Shown piece by piece: positions 32,409 through 41,964 of a stretch of 45,945 bases of DNA. Origin of the DNA: a virus (taxonomy: Duplodnaviria; Caudoviricetes); the IMG/VR virus record IMGVR_UViG_3300005764_000028, positions 1 through 45,945 of that record; one strand, given 5' to 3'. The translations under genes were made by a program, and so were the position numbers. How positions within the stretch are numbered: position 1 is the first letter of the stretch; each line of letters begins with the position of its first letter. The notes beneath the pieces were generated by a model. It had not been told where the DNA came from. It saw only the letters and a list, made by a program, of their open reading frames with translations, and searched no databases.

Positions 32409-32795
32409 TTGCCTGAGTCCGACCGTCGCCTAGAGGCATGGGTGCCCGCGCCCTCGGACATCCTCACGCGACGGGAGGCCGCGGACTACTCACGATTCTC
32501 GATCTCCTCAGTAGATCGAGCAATCAAGGCAGGGCGGCTGAGGTGCTTGCCGCGCACCCCCGGCGGCAGCACGCGGGTGCTGACCCGCCGGATGTGGGTG
32601 GACGACTGGCTGGCGGGCAACTACGTCATGCTCGCGCTCGCCCTGGCGCTCGTCGGCTGCATGGCGATCTGCGCTCTGACCGGGCTGCCATGCCCGCTTC
32701 GCCGCCTGTTCGATCACGACCGAATCCATCACCACCACGGGCACAGGCATGTCGCCCGTCTACTGTCTCCGAGAGGGAGGACAACATGGACGTGA
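32409..32795 (+). CDS. Excisionase-like HTH fused to a transmembrane helix and His-rich tail
   Basis: LTRREAADYSRFSISSVDRAIKAGRL...WVDDWL, then VMLALALALVGCMAICALTGL and IHHHHGHRH; start uncertain. Confidence 0.7.
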   Translation: MPESDRRLEAWVPAPSDILTRREAADYSRFSISSVDRAIKAGRLRCLPRTPGGSTRVLTRRMWVDDWLAGNYVMLALALALVGCMAICALTGLPCPLRRLFDHDRIHHHHGHRHVARLLSPRGRTTWT

Positions 32796-33289
32796 AGCAG
32801 CGCACCATCGAGTTCCTGCAAGGCGAGCTAGACGCGCTGCGCGCCCAGCTGGACGAGGTGAATATGCTGCTCGATCTGCTCGACGCGCCGCCGCTGCCGA
32901 GCGACGATCGCCTGCTCACGAAGAAGGAGGCGGCGAACCACGCCGGGGTCAGCGTCAAGACGATCGACAAGGCGCTCCTTGGGCAAGCGAAGGAGACGAC
33001 CTCGCGAGCGGGTCGGAAAGCGGTGGATCTCGGGAACGAGAACCGCCGGAAGATCGTGTTCGCGCTCGAACGCAACGGCGGCTGCACCACCCAGCACCTC
33101 ATGGAGTCCCTGAACCTGCCGCACTCCACGGTCAAGGGCCAACTCGACAAGCTGCTGGAGACGGGGCGGGTGACGCGCACCCTGGGGAAAACCCACAAGG
33201 GAGGCCGCGCCCCGTTCATCTACAAGCTCGTGCCCGGCGAGCAGCGCGAGCATCACCTCGACCTAGAGAGCAGGCTGGTGCTGGACTAG
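32786..33289 (+). CDS. Coiled-coil plus two HTH domains (Xis-like and winged helix)
   Basis: ATG 32786 with GGGAGG RBS; LLTKKEAANHAGVSVKTIDK; TTQHLMESLNLPHSTVKGQLDKL...GGR-x-P-x-x-Y. Confidence 0.8.
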   Translation: MDVKQRTIEFLQGELDALRAQLDEVNMLLDLLDAPPLPSDDRLLTKKEAANHAGVSVKTIDKALLGQAKETTSRAGRKAVDLGNENRRKIVFALERNGGCTTQHLMESLNLPHSTVKGQLDKLLETGRVTRTLGKTHKGGRAPFIYKLVPGEQREHHLDLESRLVLD

Positions 33290-33588
33290 TCCGCGATGCA
33301 CGTCGCGATCGTGGTGTGCCCACCCGGTGTGTTGAAGACAACGGCACCGAACGCGTAGCCGCTCGGGCACGACTCCGCGCCGGGTGACCCGGCGGGGCCG
33401 GTGGCTCCTCGCGGGCCGGGAGGACCGGCTGGCCCCTGCGGCCCGGTAGCCCCGGTGCCCGAGCCCACGTCAAGGGTCACGGTCTTCGTCGGCGCCTGCG
33501 TCGCCCCGCTGATCGCCTGACTGGCGAAGAAGCCTGAGCCGCCTGCGAGCGCGAGGCTGCTCAGAGCTATCAACGTGTTCCTCCCCAA
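33286..33588 (-). CDS. Exported collagen-repeat protein in the lysis cassette
   Basis: Hydrophobic N-terminus, GATGPQGPAGPPGPRG, Cys pair at the C-terminus; start could be TTG 33573. Confidence 0.7.
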   Translation of the reverse strand: MGRNTLIALSSLALAGGSGFFASQAISGATQAPTKTVTLDVGSGTGATGPQGPAGPPGPRGATGPAGSPGAESCPSGYAFGAVVFNTPGGHTTIATCIAD

Positions 33589-33736
33589 TCTCGATCCCCT
33601 CCTTCAGCGCGGCGATCCGACGTTCGCACTCCTCGTCGGAGCGTTTCCGTTCTGACCGGCGGTACCAGACCATAGTGAGGGCGCTGCCGATCGCAGAGCC
33701 GAAGGCGGCGACGGCTGCCAGCTGGTCGGTGGACAG
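33470..33736 (-). CDS. Holin-like TM plus coiled-coil protein; start unclear (CTG 33736 or ATG 33673)
   Basis: LSTDQLAAVAAFGSAIGSALTMVWYRRSERKRSDEECERRIAALKEG; 3' end overlaps the next gene. Confidence 0.45.
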   Translation of the reverse strand: MSTDQLAAVAAFGSAIGSALTMVWYRRSERKRSDEECERRIAALKEGIEIGEEHVDSSEQPRARRRLRLLRQSGDQRGDAGADEDRDP

Positions 33737-33737
33737 G

Positions 33738-33824
33738 TCACGTCCAGTGGATCGTGAGGATGATCATGCACACGGCGACGATCGCGAGCGCGACCTCGCC
33801 CACGGTGACGGTACGGAAGTTCAC
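33738..33824 (-). CDS. 28-aa membrane peptide (holin/antiholin candidate)
   Basis: AGGAGGT RBS, GTG; NFRTVTVGEVALAIVAVCMIILTIHWT; directly after the endolysin. Confidence 0.6.
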   Translation of the reverse strand: MNFRTVTVGEVALAIVAVCMIILTIHWT

Positions 33825-33838
33825 GGCCCACCTCCTGT

Positions 33839-34771
33839 TTACGGTTCTGCGACTCGCACGAACGCGACCTTGTTCGCCTGCGACTTGGAGCGATCGCGGC
33901 GCATCACCTGACCGCCGTTCGAGTTGTTGCTCGTGGAGGTGTTGCCCTCGATCGCCGTCCAGCTGGAGGCGTTGCCCTTCTCGAAGATCCCGATGTGGTC
34001 GTAGTCGCCGCCTGACCAGTCGTAGCAGACGAGATCGCCGGCGCCTGGACTCGTCGTGATCGACAGCCCGTAGCGGTGGTCCTGCGCGTCGCTGACGACG
34101 TACGGGACGTAGGCGTAGCGCGAGCCTCGGAGGAAGCTCGGCGAGTAGCCGACGGCGTTCGTGAGGAACGCCCACGTCACGAAGATCGCGCACCACGGCT
34201 GGTAGTCCACGCCGTACCACGCGCCGTACTTCGTGTGGTTCGACTCGGGCGGGTCTTCGTGGACGCCGATCTGCGAGACGGCGAGATCGAGCGCGGCCTC
34301 GCGGATCGACTCGGCGAACTCGACATCGCCGTCCTGCTGGCCGCTGAACATCTGCCATGCCTCGGCGATCAGGTTCTGGGCGAGCGCGTCCATCCCGTGT
34401 TCGCCCGCGTGGGGGAGTCCCTCGGGCACGAGCGCGCAGCGCAGCGCCCCGAACGTCTTCTCGCCGAGCCAGCCGGTCGGGTTGCCACCGCCGATCCCCT
34501 GCTGGCGCTGGAAGCCCTCGACGCCCGACTCGCTCACGTTCCCCGGCGGCTTACCGTGCGAGAACGGGTTGGAGTAGGCGCGGTCGAAGGTCTGCCACGG
34601 CCAGCGGCCGAGCCGGGAGATCGTGCGCTTGTACGCCTCCACGTCGGGGCCATCCGACGACGGCTTGTAGCCCGACGACTTGGGCACGTCCTTCGGGTAG
34701 AGCGGCCTCGGAAAGCCGGGGACGGGCACCCCTGGCGCGCCCTTGTAGGGCTTCTCCCACCACTCGCTCAT
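33839..34771 (-). CDS. Endolysin: peptidoglycan-binding-like domain plus CHAP amidase/peptidase
   Basis: FQRQQGI...TG-x-x-G-x-x-T; QIGVHE...N...WCAIFV-x-W, HIGI, IEGNTS. Confidence 0.9.
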   Translation of the reverse strand: MSEWWEKPYKGAPGVPVPGFPRPLYPKDVPKSSGYKPSSDGPDVEAYKRTISRLGRWPWQTFDRAYSNPFSHGKPPGNVSESGVEGFQRQQGIGGGNPTGWLGEKTFGALRCALVPEGLPHAGEHGMDALAQNLIAEAWQMFSGQQDGDVEFAESIREAALDLAVSQIGVHEDPPESNHTKYGAWYGVDYQPWCAIFVTWAFLTNAVGYSPSFLRGSRYAYVPYVVSDAQDHRYGLSITTSPGAGDLVCYDWSGGDYDHIGIFEKGNASSWTAIEGNTSTSNNSNGGQVMRRDRSKSQANKVAFVRVAEP

Positions 34772-34829
34772 GGGTACCTCCGCGTTGTCGTCGCCGTGAA
34801 CACGGATCCCGTGTCAAGCCCCAATTTTT

Positions 34830-34904
34830 TGCAGGGACTTCTCCGCAAAGTCCCTGCACGAGCGGGTTTGCGGCTCGAGATCGCGGATCGGCGTTTACTA
34901 AAAT
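34830..34904. promoter_or_regulatory. 11-bp inverted repeat and TAAAAT -10 box upstream of a small plus-strand cassette
   Basis: TGCAGGGACTT ctccgca AAGTCCCTGCA (34830-34858); TAAAAT at 34899-34904 in a locally AT-rich patch. Confidence 0.55.
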
Positions 34905-34947
34905 ATGGGGTGAAAGGTCACTGTCAACGAGAGAAAGGAGACTCTCG

Positions 34948-35187
34948 ATGCACTACGCGATCCGCTTCGACTTCCCGGACGGCGGACCCGTGATGTACGC
35001 GGGCGAGTACAAGGGCGGGCTCGGCTGGGCGCCGCAGCTTGCCACCGCGATCATCTGGAACAACCCGGAGACGCCCGCCCGCATCCTGAAGAACGGCTAC
35101 GGCGGCGCCCACGAGGAGATCGGCACGATCATCGAGGTGGCCGACGACGTGGCCCGCGCCATCCACGAAGGGGCTACGCAAGCATGA
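34948..35187 (+). CDS. Hypothetical protein (79 aa)
   Basis: ATG after GAGAGAAAGGAG. Confidence 0.75.
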   Translation: MHYAIRFDFPDGGPVMYAGEYKGGLGWAPQLATAIIWNNPETPARILKNGYGGAHEEIGTIIEVADDVARAIHEGATQA

Positions 35188-35525
35188 GCGAGATGCAGAG
35201 AGTTAGCCTCAGCGCGAAGGCGCGGAGAGGCAGTCAGGCTCGACGGGTTGCCCAGTACCTCGCAGGGCTCGGAACGGAGGAGGGCGCAACCGTCGTGTGG
35301 GCAATGAGCGCCCCTGCCAAGCGCGGCGGCGTCGTCAAGGTCATCCTCGACGCTGAGGACGCGGTGGCCGTGGCTCGCGCTCTCCGCACCAAGCTCGACG
35401 CCGAGACGAACGGCTACGCCACCGATGTGATGGACGAGCTAGTGATGGGTGCCTTCGCAAGCGACAGAGGCCACGTCCTCTGGTTCGCCAACGAGAACTA
35501 CCGGGTCTGGAGGGAGGAGGCATGA
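35184..35525 (+). CDS. Hypothetical protein (113 aa)
   Basis: ATGA couplings. Confidence 0.7.
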   Translation: MSEMQRVSLSAKARRGSQARRVAQYLAGLGTEEGATVVWAMSAPAKRGGVVKVILDAEDAVAVARALRTKLDAETNGYATDVMDELVMGAFASDRGHVLWFANENYRVWREEA

Positions 35526-35737
35526 GCGGGATCATCGAGCGCGCCGTCAGGATCCGTCGCCGCGAGGTCATCGCCGCTGGCGCCATCCGCGTCCACTTCT
35601 GGGTCGTGTACCCGGCCCGCAGGGTGGGCAAGGGCTCGCGCACGCAGATCGGGCCGGTCCATCTGACCCGCGAGCAGGCGGTCAGCTGGGCGAGGGAGAA
35701 CGGCTACCTGACGCTCGGCCCACAGGGGCTGGCATGA
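35522..35737 (+). CDS. Hypothetical basic protein (71 aa)
   Basis: GGAGGAGG RBS, ATGA coupling. Confidence 0.7.
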   Translation: MSGIIERAVRIRRREVIAAGAIRVHFWVVYPARRVGKGSRTQIGPVHLTREQAVSWARENGYLTLGPQGLA

Positions 35738-35889
35738 CCGCCCTGGAGCAGGCCGCGCGCGAGCGGTTCCGCAAGGCGTTCCCGTACCGTAAGTTCACCT
35801 GCTGCTCGGCGTGCGGCGAGCACCGGACGTGCGGGTCGAAGAGGCTGCACGGCCGGTGGCTGTGCCTCGACTGCCACGACGTGAGCTAG
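35734..35889 (+). CDS. Small Zn-finger protein (51 aa)
   Basis: CSACG...C...LCLDCH; ATGA coupling. Confidence 0.65.
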   Translation: MTALEQAARERFRKAFPYRKFTCCSACGEHRTCGSKRLHGRWLCLDCHDVS

Positions 35890-36314
35890 CGGGGTTTCGC
35901 GAGGGGCGGGTTCAGGCCCGCCCCTCGCGCCGCTCGCCTTCGATTTGCATCGAGCTTTCTTTGTCTGTACTCAGGATCTGTGGCGTATCGCTCTCGACTG
36001 CGCTCGCGTTCCCGTTTCCTCTCGCACGGGCGACAGCGGCGGGTTCCATCCGCTTTGATCCGCCAGTCATCGTGCCCGCAGACGTGATGATGCTTGCTCG
36101 CATGTTCGCCAGGAGTCAAGAGTGCGAGATGCTCGACGTTCACACACGCGCGGTTGCCGCACTCGTGATGGACATGCATCCCTACTGGGATCGGACCACG
36201 TTCGCGCTCCCACGCCACACGATGCGCCAAAAGATGGCCTCCGCGCCGACCCCGCGCGACATTTCCGTAGCCAGTTGATATATCGATCCGCGCGCTGAGG
36301 ATGCACTCGCTCAT
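35886..36314 (-). CDS. HNH homing endonuclease
   Basis: GYG...AHRVAW...GPIP-x-G-x-x-VHHECGNRACVNVEHL; CGH...CRPC. Confidence 0.9.
   Translation of the reverse strand: MSECILSARIDISTGYGNVARGRRGGHLLAHRVAWERERGPIPVGMHVHHECGNRACVNVEHLALLTPGEHASKHHHVCGHDDWRIKADGTRRCRPCERKRERERSRERYATDPEYRQRKLDANRRRAARGAGLNPPLAKPR
35898..35929. terminator. Hairpin at the convergence of the plus cassette and the late operon
   Basis: CGCGAGGGGCGGG ttcagg CCCGCCCCTCGCG, 13-bp perfect stem. Confidence 0.7.
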
Positions 36315-37330
36315 CTAACACCGCCTACGTTCGCCGCCGTATCAACGTGTACTGGATCGAGCCCGCCGCGATAAAACCCTGGCTGGTTCCCCGAGCGCAA
36401 TCCAAAGCGACGGGCAACAGGTTGTAGGACAACGCCGAGCGGGATCCAGCCGCGTCCCGGCACGAATCCGTAGGCATCCATTGCTGTGCCGGTCATGTGG
36501 TTCGAGCGGGGAACGCCGCCGACGGCCGCGTTGTGCGCCGGGGAGCGGTACCCGGACGTGAGCTTGATCTTCGTCACGCCGACCGCCTGCGCCGCAGCTG
36601 ACACCGCGCTGACGAACCCCGGCTTCAAACCGGTCAGCGGCACCCCGAGGTAGCCGATCTTGCCGGTGTTCGGCGCGGCGTCCTGATGCTTCGGGGCCGG
36701 GGATGCCACTGGCCCGAGCGCGGGCGCGAGCGGGCTCGGCAGCGCCGCGTTCGCCGCCTGCCCTGCACGCAGCCTCTGCATCGTGCCGAGGAACCCGGAG
36801 AAGTCGTTGGGGTTCCCCGAGAGCAGCTGCTGGAGCGCGGCCTGCCTGAGCGGCGTCAGGTCACGCGGGGCGGCGACGGCGGCTGGCGCTCCTCCCGGTA
36901 CGGCCGGTGCCGCCGTCGGTGCCCCCGCCCCGACGGGCACGTTACCCGGCCTGAACCCGGTCAGCTGCCTGAGCGGCGCCGAGTAGAACCCGGCGCCCAT
37001 CCCGCTGCGTTCCACGTCGCGAGCGGCAGCGCCGGCAGCTGCGCCGGGATGCTGCTGCCAGTACCGCTGGTAGTCGCCGATGATCGCGAGCGTGTTCGCC
37101 CGCGGGTTGGTGACGCCGCCCAGCCGGTTCGCGGTGTTGACGTACCCGGACGAGAGCAACTGGAACAGCCCGGTGGCGCCGCTCGACTTGTTGCGGATCG
37201 ACGGGTTGAGCCCCGACTCGGCGTAGCTGGCGGCGACAAGCTCGCGAGCCCGTGCGTCGTTCAGCCCGCGCTTGCGCGCGATGTTGTAGATGACCGACGC
37301 CATCTGCTGCTGCTGAGCGTTGAGTGCCAT
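36311..37330 (-). CDS. Virion-associated peptidoglycan hydrolase: transglycosylase plus peptidase M15
   Basis: AESGLNP...SGATGLFQ; TSGYRS-x-x-HN-x-x-VGG-x-x-x-SNH-x-x-G-x-A-x-D...HVD. Confidence 0.88.
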   Translation of the reverse strand: MALNAQQQQMASVIYNIARKRGLNDARARELVAASYAESGLNPSIRNKSSGATGLFQLLSSGYVNTANRLGGVTNPRANTLAIIGDYQRYWQQHPGAAAGAAARDVERSGMGAGFYSAPLRQLTGFRPGNVPVGAGAPTAAPAVPGGAPAAVAAPRDLTPLRQAALQQLLSGNPNDFSGFLGTMQRLRAGQAANAALPSPLAPALGPVASPAPKHQDAAPNTGKIGYLGVPLTGLKPGFVSAVSAAAQAVGVTKIKLTSGYRSPAHNAAVGGVPRSNHMTGTAMDAYGFVPGRGWIPLGVVLQPVARRFGLRSGNQPGFYRGGLDPVHVDTAANVGGVR

Positions 37331-37333
37331 CGG

Positions 37334-40300
37334 CTACCCCTTGCTGGCCTTGCGCTTCTTCTCGGACACAGCCTCATCGATCGACCCGAGCAGGCCGTCC
37401 GGGTCGAACAGGTCGTTCGCCGCCCCGATGCTCGTGCTGGCGCCGTCCTTCAACGTCTGCGCGAGCGTGTACTCGCTCATCCCCTTCGCCACCTTCATCT
37501 GGCGTGCGCGCTCGGCCACGGAGATCATGCCCAGCTTCACCGCCACGTCGAGGTCGCCGCGGAATCTGCCGTGGACGTTCTTCGGGTACTTCGCCTGCGC
37601 CGCTGCGCGAGCCCCGGCGATGTTGATCGCCCGCTGCACCTGCGCCCGCAGCTGTGGTGTCCAGTCCACGTCATCGAGCGACTCCATCTTCTGCTGGTAA
37701 CCGAAGATCGTCCGCTGCCGTGGGTCGCCGGTCGCCTTGATGCCGCGCGCCTTCTCCACGGGAACGTTCAACTCGCGCGGCCGTGCGGAGCCCAGACCGG
37801 CGTACTCCAGAGCCGCTTTCCACCCGTGCTCGGGGATGTAGTCGTGCTTGCCGATCTCCTCGGCGGACGGCGTCCCGGTGAATGCGGTCTTCGCGATGTT
37901 CGCGAGCGGGAACACCGGCCTGTCCGGCGTCCCGGCGAACTCGGACGCGAACGTCTTCAGCGCCGACGGCGTCGGGCCGCTCCAGTTCGTCTTCGTGCCC
38001 GCCACCACCGCGGCCTGGAAGACCGGCTGCAAGAACTTGAGCGGCAGGTCCCTGGCGCTGCCGCCGCCGAACGCCGCCGCCCTCGCCGCCTGCGCGATGT
38101 CGAGCGCCTGCCCCACCGGGTTCATCGACTGGAGGTTCATGACCGGCGCAACCGTGGTGCCGTACTTCCGCGCGACCTTGCCGATGGGGACGATGTCGCT
38201 GCCGAGCATCGGGTCCATCGGGTCCAGCCCCGCCTGCCGCTGGAGCTTGTTCTTCTCGTCGAGGACGTGGGCGGCGATCGCCGCCGACACCGGCCGGTCG
38301 ACGAGCAGGTCCTTGCCGTACCGGGTGGCGCCCTTCAGCCACGGGTAGATGAAGATCAGCCTGGACACGATGTCCTGCTCGAACTGGGTGAGGTCGCCGA
38401 AGTCGACCATCGCCCGCCGCGTGTCGAGCCCGATCTGGTTGAGGACGGGCCGCAGGCTCTCGTCGGTGAGCAGCTGGTGGATCTGCTCCGGGGTCTTGTA
38501 GCCGCGGACGGTGGCCTCCCGGAACCATGCGGCGCGGCGCGGCAGCGTGTCCGCCGCCCGGTTCTGCCAGTGCGCGACCCGGTCGGTGTACTCGCCGAGC
38601 TTGCCCTTCGACTTGCCGGTGGACACCTCGCGCATCGCGAGCGCGCCGCCGCTCCCGGCCTCGGTGTCGACGCGGCGCAGTAGCTCCGGGTCCATCCGGC
38701 CCATCAACCCCGAGGCGCGCTCAAGGTTGCGCGGCGAGAAGACGCCCTGGTGCAGCGCCATGAACGCGAGGTTGCCCGCGAAGTTGCGGGCGAAGTACGA
38801 CGGGTTGAAGTAGATCAGCGCGCCCCTGGTGACGTTGTTCGTCGCGTCGAGCGCCTGGGCCACCTTCTTCTCGCCGCCGGTACGCAACGTCGGCTCGGGG
38901 AAGTACGACTTCTGGATCCGCTCGTCGATCTGCCTGAGCCCCTGCCGCTCCTTCGCGGACATGTTCGCCACGTCCGCGTCGCTCGGGAACAGCTTGCCGT
39001 GGATGCTGGTGTCCATCTCGTGGGTGGCCTGGAGCGCGTCCTCGATCTCGCTCGACGCCGCCGTCGTCAGCTTCTCGGGCGGGATGCCCAGATCGGGGGG
39101 CCGTGCCTCGCGCTGCTTCCGAGCGATCTTCAACCCTTGCGGGTTCCAGAACCGGTGGCCCTCCAGCGGCTTCGCGTCGAGCGCGAGGTCGAGCGCGAAC
39201 TTGTCGGCCTTCGCGATCTTCTCCTCGGTGAGCGCGTAGCGGGCGCTCGTCGCGAAGTGCGACGTGATCAGCCGACGGCCGGACAGTTCCTCGCCGCCGC
39301 GGTGGAGCAGCGCCCCGGTCGCCTTGTGGATGATCGGCCGCTGCCGCCCGGTGCGACCGGCGCCGCCGCCGAATCGCGCGAAGAAACCCTGCCGCCGAGG
39401 CTGCGACTGGAGGAACCGTGCGCCCTCCCCGGCCTGCTCGCCGCCGACGATCGTCTCCGTCTCCCAGCCGGGGAGTAGCTCGCCGAGCCGCTCGTCGATC
39501 CGGCGGCGCTGCCCGGCGAGGTTCTCTAGCGACCGGGCGTGCCCGGAGAGGATGTCTTCGCGGCGGTCGTGGATCGCGTTGAACTCCTCGTTCCACCCCT
39601 GCGCGAGTTCGCGCTCGCGGGCGGCATGTGCGACGCCCTCCTCCATCGCGGCGTCGTGCGCCTCGAAGGCGGCGGCGTGCCGAGCCCGCGCCTTGTCCAC
39701 ACGCACCTTCGCCCGAGCCGCCTTGTCGAGCTTGCGCTCGACCGCCTTGATCACGTTGTGCTGGGCGACGTACGGCGCGTCGGCGGCGCCGCCCTCGATC
39801 ACGGTGCCCTTCGCGTACATGTCGGCGAGCTTCTCGTTCTCGCGCTGGTGGCGCAGCTTGAGCGGTGCGTACAGGTCGTGGAGCCCGCCCGCCTCGGCCT
39901 TCGCCAGCTGCTGTGCCGTGCGGTCCATGTGGAGCGCGAGCCGGGCCCGCTGGCCGGACATCCTCTCGCCGATCCGGTGATGCTTGGCGTACGCGATCTC
40001 CCGGTTGGTCGGCGCAGGGTTCAGCACCCGCTGCATCCGCCCCTGCACCCACTTCTCCTGACGGGCAACACCCGCACGCCGGCGCCTCAGCCAGTTGATC
40101 TCGGCGCGCACGTCGGCTTTCGTGCGGTACCTGCCCCCGGTGACGAGGCGGGCGCGGCGATGCACGTTCGCCGCCCGTGTCTCCTCGGTCAGACCGGCCG
40201 TGTCCACCCTGATCTGCTCGCCGAGGTCGAGCAGGTCGACGCCGCGCGCGACGGCCTCGTCCAGCTGCTTGTTCACCTCGGTGATGTGCGGCTTGGCCGA

Positions 40301-41962
40301 CTCCAGCGCCTTCACCGTGTACCGCAGGTTCTCCGCGTCGACCGGGCCGATCGTCCCCTCGGGTTGCACGACCGTCTTGCGTCCGGCGGCGTCCTCCTCG
40401 TAGTGCGGCTTCACGACCGGCTTCTCCAACTCGCGGCGGTGCTTCGCGATCTCCGCGTCGAGCAGTTCGGCGGCGCGCTCGCGGTTGTCGGGGCCGTAGG
40501 TGATGATCCGGCCGAGCGCGACATCCTCGGGGGAGTCGAGTTTGATCGACTTGCTGGCCTCGTTGAACGGGATCAGGGCGCTCTCGACGCGATGCTGCTC
40601 GATCTGCATCGTCTTGCGCCCCTGCCGCGCGACCCGTGCGACCGAGCCGACCCCGCGCATGTGCGGGTGGGCCTCCGCGAACCGGTCGAGTCGGTGCTGG
40701 ACGGCTGCGGCGACGGGGTTCGGCGAGAGCCGGAACTGCTCGCCGCCGCCATGCTCGCCGAGCCGGACGACGCGGGTGCCCGCGGGCATGTCGGCGGGCA
40801 GCCAGCTGCGAGGGGTCAGGATGTCGGCGGGTGGCCGTCCTACGAGCGCCTTCCTCGCGGCGCCTCCGCGGCGGGGGAGGACGGTGGACTCGCCGACGAC
40901 TCGGCCTGACGGCAGGCGGATACCTTCGACTCCCGCCGCCCGCGAGGCGCCGAAGTCGGCGGCGGCGGCGGCGGCACGGTCGGCGGCGGCGGTACGACCC
41001 GCCACCAGCGCGGCACGTCCGCGGGCCAAGCCTGCGAACGGCAGGTAGGCGGTGGTGGCAACGTCGAGCCACGTCAGCGGGCTGTACGGGTGGTGGATGT
41101 CGTGGATCGCCTGCTTCTTGAGCGCCCCGCCGATGTCCATCGTGTAGCCCGCCGACTGCACGCGCTGCCGCTCGTGGAACTTGGCGGTGGGGCCGACCGG
41201 CGGCGCGAGGGCGGCGCCCGCCGTGTGGCCGAGATATTTGCCAAGCCCCGCCGCAGTGCCTGCCAGCTGCGCCTGGAACGCCCCGCGCCCTCGGTACAGA
41301 CGCGACTGGGCGATCCGGTAGTCCCGCTGGGTGACCCCGTGCGCGAGCATGCCGGGGCGCGACTGAGCCTGATACTCGGCTGCCAGCTGCTGCCGCGACG
41401 GCGGCTTCACGCCGCGAGCGATGGCCGACTGCTGCGCCTCGTTGACGTACTGCTCCTGGCGGAAGATGTCTTCGCGCGCCCTCGTCCGACCGAGCGCGGT
41501 CGAGACGAGCGGCTTCGCGAGCGGGGAGCGCACGCCAAGGTGCGCCGGGTGCAGCGGGTCCGTGTTCGGCACACGCGCCATCGCCTGGGCCTTGCGGACG
41601 GCGTCGGCGCGCTGCGCCCGGTTCAGCGCGGCGACGTGCTGGCTCCACGCCCGCCGGGTCTGCGGCCCGATGATCCCGTCCACGGCGATGTCGTACCCGG
41701 CGTGGCGCAGCATCTTCTGGATGTCCGCGACCTTCGCCTTACGCGCGTTGAACCGCTGCACGAGGTTCGCGGTTGCCGCGACCTGGGCGCGGCCGGGTCC
41801 GCCCGTCGAGGCGGCGCCGCGGGCGGCGTTCGAGCCCGCAATGTCAGCCTGCCCGCGGGTGTGCTCGGTGACGATCGGGACAGGCTTCGGCCGCGTTTTC
41901 TTCTTCGGCGCCGCCTCCGGCACCCACATGCCGCCGTGGAGGACGTAGCGCGGCTTCGCCAC
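37334..41962 (-). CDS. Large internal virion/DNA-ejection protein (1542 aa) with an N-terminal peptidoglycan-binding domain
   Basis: V-x-x-IQ-x-x-L-x-x-x-GY...VDG-x-x-GPQT-x-x-A; helical basic body; P-x-Y-x-x-RN and DF-x-x-LT-x-FE...P-W motifs seen in large podoviral virion proteins. Confidence 0.7.
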   Translation of the reverse strand: MAKPRYVLHGGMWVPEAAPKKKTRPKPVPIVTEHTRGQADIAGSNAARGAASTGGPGRAQVAATANLVQRFNARKAKVADIQKMLRHAGYDIAVDGIIGPQTRRAWSQHVAALNRAQRADAVRKAQAMARVPNTDPLHPAHLGVRSPLAKPLVSTALGRTRAREDIFRQEQYVNEAQQSAIARGVKPPSRQQLAAEYQAQSRPGMLAHGVTQRDYRIAQSRLYRGRGAFQAQLAGTAAGLGKYLGHTAGAALAPPVGPTAKFHERQRVQSAGYTMDIGGALKKQAIHDIHHPYSPLTWLDVATTAYLPFAGLARGRAALVAGRTAAADRAAAAAADFGASRAAGVEGIRLPSGRVVGESTVLPRRGGAARKALVGRPPADILTPRSWLPADMPAGTRVVRLGEHGGGEQFRLSPNPVAAAVQHRLDRFAEAHPHMRGVGSVARVARQGRKTMQIEQHRVESALIPFNEASKSIKLDSPEDVALGRIITYGPDNRERAAELLDAEIAKHRRELEKPVVKPHYEEDAAGRKTVVQPEGTIGPVDAENLRYTVKALESAKPHITEVNKQLDEAVARGVDLLDLGEQIRVDTAGLTEETRAANVHRRARLVTGGRYRTKADVRAEINWLRRRRAGVARQEKWVQGRMQRVLNPAPTNREIAYAKHHRIGERMSGQRARLALHMDRTAQQLAKAEAGGLHDLYAPLKLRHQRENEKLADMYAKGTVIEGGAADAPYVAQHNVIKAVERKLDKAARAKVRVDKARARHAAAFEAHDAAMEEGVAHAARERELAQGWNEEFNAIHDRREDILSGHARSLENLAGQRRRIDERLGELLPGWETETIVGGEQAGEGARFLQSQPRRQGFFARFGGGAGRTGRQRPIIHKATGALLHRGGEELSGRRLITSHFATSARYALTEEKIAKADKFALDLALDAKPLEGHRFWNPQGLKIARKQREARPPDLGIPPEKLTTAASSEIEDALQATHEMDTSIHGKLFPSDADVANMSAKERQGLRQIDERIQKSYFPEPTLRTGGEKKVAQALDATNNVTRGALIYFNPSYFARNFAGNLAFMALHQGVFSPRNLERASGLMGRMDPELLRRVDTEAGSGGALAMREVSTGKSKGKLGEYTDRVAHWQNRAADTLPRRAAWFREATVRGYKTPEQIHQLLTDESLRPVLNQIGLDTRRAMVDFGDLTQFEQDIVSRLIFIYPWLKGATRYGKDLLVDRPVSAAIAAHVLDEKNKLQRQAGLDPMDPMLGSDIVPIGKVARKYGTTVAPVMNLQSMNPVGQALDIAQAARAAAFGGGSARDLPLKFLQPVFQAAVVAGTKTNWSGPTPSALKTFASEFAGTPDRPVFPLANIAKTAFTGTPSAEEIGKHDYIPEHGWKAALEYAGLGSARPRELNVPVEKARGIKATGDPRQRTIFGYQQKMESLDDVDWTPQLRAQVQRAINIAGARAAAQAKYPKNVHGRFRGDLDVAVKLGMISVAERARQMKVAKGMSEYTLAQTLKDGASTSIGAANDLFDPDGLLGSIDEAVSEKKRKASKG

Positions 41963-41964
41963 GG

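Noticed and set aside
36686-41648. Long alternative-frame ORFs (e.g. 36686-38683 +, 38721-41648 -, also 8297-9985 +, 5673-7196 -)
   Set aside because: Arg/Gly/Pro-rich shadow ORFs expected at high GC; they overlap well-supported genes and show no motifs, unlike the intein-internal HNH
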